Source: an uncultured Candidatus Saccharibacteria bacterium (GTDB lineage Bacteria > Patescibacteriota > Minisyncoccia > JACPKW01 > UBA11713). From it: a stretch of DNA of 33,138 nt. The stretch lies in assembly GCA_964590055.1 (NCBI GenBank), contig CAZPXU010000001.1, positions 1 to 33,138 of the forward strand. Reading direction: 5' to 3'. Shown here one piece after another: positions 31,077 through 33,138 of the stretch. Position 1 is the first letter of the stretch. Every line of letters starts with the position of its first letter. Position numbers and translations under genes: made by a program. The notes under the pieces were generated by a model, which was not told where the DNA came from, made no database searches, and saw nothing but the letters and a program-made list of their open reading frames with translations.

Positions 31077-33138
31077 CTAAATGGTGTCCAAAAACTCGGT
31101 AAGATCTTGACGCTCCTCTTTGGGAACGCGCTCTTTTTGAAGCGGCAGAGTGAAAACAAACTCCGTCCCCTCCCCTTCCCGGGAAGAAAAAGAAATGTCG
31201 CCGCCGTGACGCTTGATAATGTTCTTTACAATGAAGAGGCCGAGCCCGGTTCCCTCCGTTTCCATTCGTATCACGTTGGAAGCGCGAAAAAACTTCGAAA
31301 ACACCCTAAGTTGGTCCGCCGCCGGTATTCCCGCCCCTGTGTCCTTTATCTTCACTTTGACGAAATCTTTCTCCGGTGCGACTTGCACGCTGACGCTTCC
31401 GCCCTCCGGCGTATATTTGACGGCGTTGTCAATCAAGTTAGAGACGGCCAAGGAAAGTTTCTCCTGGTCGGCAAACAAAAGCGGCATCGCTCCGGCCGGC
31501 TTTTCAAACTGCAAATTGATTTTCTTCTCATGGGCCTCCACGCCGAAACTCGCAATGACCTCCGCGAGAAACGGAATGAAATCCAGATCTTTGAATTCGT
31601 AGCCGAAGCGTCCTTCTTCAATCCGCGCCGCCGACAAAAGATCGTTCACCAGCTTGATCATCCGCTCGTTGGTAACATAGCCCCGCTCCACGAAAGACAG
31701 CTGCTCGGGATTAAGCTCGCCGGCGTCTCCGTCCAAAAGAAGTTTAAGCGTCCATTTGATGGCGGACAAGGGAGTCCTCAACTGGTGAGCGGCGATCGAG
31801 ACGAACTCGGATTTAATTCTCTGAATCAGTTCCTCCCGGGAAATGTCGTGCAAAATTTTTAAAAAGCCCCGGGTGGAGCCGTCGCGTTCAAAAACAGAGG
31901 TCAAGGTAACCAGGAGTTTCAAGGACGGTTCGGAAGTGTGAATCTCCATGGTTTTCGCAACGGCTCCCGGGAGTTCCTTGGTCTGGGAAGCGTAAGGAGC
32001 AAGCGCCGGATACATAACCTCGGTCAACGCCCTAAGCCCGGGCCTGGTTTTCAAAATATCGGGAGTTATGGCCAATCCCTGGACATCGCCGAATTTGACT
32101 CCCAGCAAATCCTGGGCTTTTAAATTCATCAGCACCACCCGGGATTTATCGTCATATTCCAGCACGCCGTCATAAAGCGAGGTTAAAATGGCTTCACGCT
32201 GGTTGCGTTCGTTGTAGAACAAAAGCGCCGTTTTTTGAAGGTTGAGATAGTTCCAAACCAACAAAATTACGAGTAAAATTTCAAGGCCGAAGGAAACAAG
32301 AGCTACGTTTAAAATTCGCTCCCGGGACGCCAGAGCGCGCGCGCGCGGATTTTCCACCGCCACCGCCCAGCCATTGGGTTCGAACGGAAGCGCCACCGCG
32401 AATACTTCCTCGTTGTTTTGATTTCTATAGACGAATTTTTTGTCCCTGGTATCGGCTTCTTCGCCTCCCAGGGCCTGTTTGATTAACGCTCTGGAAAGCA
32501 CGTTGGTTCGGCCGAAAACCAAAGAAGAGTCGGGATGGGCAATCACGTAACCTTCGCTGTCCACCACGTAGGCGGCGCCCACCTCTCCCACTTTCACGTT
32601 TCTGACCACATCCAGCAAAAACTTAAGGTTGACTTCGGCGACCAGGGCCGAAAATCCAGAATCCGGGTTAAGCGGCAGGGCAATCGTGACAATGGGCTCG
32701 GAAACTCCGGAGATGAGAACCGGCGAGCGGTAAACGTTCTTTTCCCTAATCGCGCGGAAAAGCTCATCGCCGGAGCGATCGCGCAATTCGGAAGCGGATA
32801 TCAATAAAAAGCGGTGGTTTTTGAAAATCTCGCGGCCGGCAAGATCCAAAAGCGCCAGGGACTCAACGGGGGGGTTCTCTTTTAAAATTCTTCCCAGGAT
32901 CTCGTTTCGCGCGCTCTTTTTCTGATTTAAAATATCTGCCGCATCCGCGAGCGCCCGTTCGTGTTTAGCGAGAAAACCTGAGAGCTGATTGTTGACGTCA
33001 AGCGCAATGGAGCGATGCAGGAGGTAGGCATCGTGCGTGAGTTCGCTGAGGGTGGGCGCGAGCCAAGCGAAGTTGGCCGCAATGAGCGCAAAAATGGCGA
33101 TGGAGCCAAGGAGCCACAGTTGGTAGCGTTGGCCAGGG
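31077..33138 (-). CDS. sensor histidine kinase (TM - extracytoplasmic Cache-like domain - TM - PAS - HisKA - HATPase_c); 5' end off the window
   Basis: The frame stays open upstream of the track's TTG (32849) to the window edge and encodes TM1 (LWLLGSIAIFALIAANFAWL). H-box FVSIAAHQLRTPL, N-box DNAVKYT, then DTGAGIP and GTGLGL. Confidence 0.9.
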   Translation of the reverse strand, partial: PGQRYQLWLLGSIAIFALIAANFAWLAPTLSELTHDAYLLHRSIALDVNNQLSGFLAKHERALADAADILNQKKSARNEILGRILKENPPVESLALLDLAGREIFKNHRFLLISASELRDRSGDELFRAIREKNVYRSPVLISGVSEPIVTIALPLNPDSGFSALVAEVNLKFLLDVVRNVKVGEVGAAYVVDSEGYVIAHPDSSLVFGRTNVLSRALIKQALGGEEADTRDKKFVYRNQNNEEVFAVALPFEPNGWAVAVENPRARALASRERILNVALVSFGLEILLVILLVWNYLNLQKTALLFYNERNQREAILTSLYDGVLEYDDKSRVVLMNLKAQDLLGVKFGDVQGLAITPDILKTRPGLRALTEVMYPALAPYASQTKELPGAVAKTMEIHTSEPSLKLLVTLTSVFERDGSTRGFLKILHDISREELIQRIKSEFVSIAAHQLRTPLSAIKWTLKLLLDGDAGELNPEQLSFVERGYVTNERMIKLVNDLLSAARIEEGRFGYEFKDLDFIPFLAEVIASFGVEAHEKKINLQFEKPAGAMPLLFADQEKLSLAVSNLIDNAVKYTPEGGSVSVQVAPEKDFVKVKIKDTGAGIPAADQLRVFSKFFRASNVIRMETEGTGLGLFIVKNIIKRHGGDISFSSREGEGTEFVFTLPLQKERVPKEERQDLTEFLDTI

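Noticed and set aside
31035-31862. 275-aa plus-strand ORF
   Set aside because: It is antisense to the HATPase_c/HisKA part of the histidine kinase. This is a shadow ORF.
32868-32874. G7 homopolymer (C7 on the coding strand) in the kinase sensor region as a second frameshift
   Set aside because: Codon-by-codon translation shows the frame is continuous through it (..KENPPVESLALLDLAGREIF..). The apparent break came from my miscounting the run, and the track's start at 32849 is simply the first TTG in an open frame.
1-33138. Alternative genetic code (UGA recoding as in some CPR lineages), CRISPR arrays, mobile elements, defence systems
   Set aside because: Long conserved genes are intact under code 11, and TGA serves as the stop in the ATGA/GTGA junctions. 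I saw no repeat-spacer periodicity, no transposase, integrase or recombinase motifs, and no nuclease, ATPase or defence-like genes.

Overview
This 33,138-bp window carries about 40 credible CDS, all on the minus strand. They are tightly packed: overlaps of 1-61 nt and several ATGA/GTGA stop-start junctions. The code is standard code 11, TTG/GTG starts are frequent, and Shine-Dalgarno sequences are rare. I saw no rRNA, tRNA, CRISPR array, transposase/integrase or recognisable defence gene.

Reading along the minus strand (high to low coordinates) there are three blocks.

(i) 33138-25958: a sensor histidine kinase whose 5' end lies off the window, a 264-nt hairpin-rich spacer, an output-less REC-REC response regulator, and two large secreted or anchored proteins. 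One is 436 aa. The other is 903 aa, with three tandem Ig-like repeats, a Gly13 tract and duplicated Cys-rich modules.

(ii) 26018-15434: a long thiol/disulfide-metal block.
- a circularly permuted DsbA-like protein
- a 59-aa Cys/His-rich ORF absent from the ORF track
- an ArsR/SmtB regulator
- a glutaredoxin-like protein
- DUF3179
- a 4-TM protein with an intramembrane CPLC motif
- a TlpA-like thioredoxin
- a LUD-domain protein
- a small Cys-rich peptide
- a frameshifted class-I flavoprotein disulfide reductase
- a CBS-less KpsF-like SIS protein
- an ASCH-like protein
- an AroE-like protein
- a DSP phosphatase
- a CcdA-DUF3105 fusion
- TrxB

(iii) 15319-1: central metabolism (gdhA, gap, rpiB, pyrG, mutM, rpe, a split transketolase, a PfkB kinase). 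These genes are interleaved with TM-anchored hypothetical or surface proteins, including an S1 protease fused to a pilin-head-like domain and a DUF2341-RCC1 propeller.

The content and style resemble a reduced Patescibacteria/CPR-type genome; this is inference only. The best candidate for something undescribed is the ArsR-headed, CxxC-dense operon at 20323-26018, with its hidden metallothionein-like ORF and permuted DsbA. All functional calls rest on motif recognition by eye; no database search was run.
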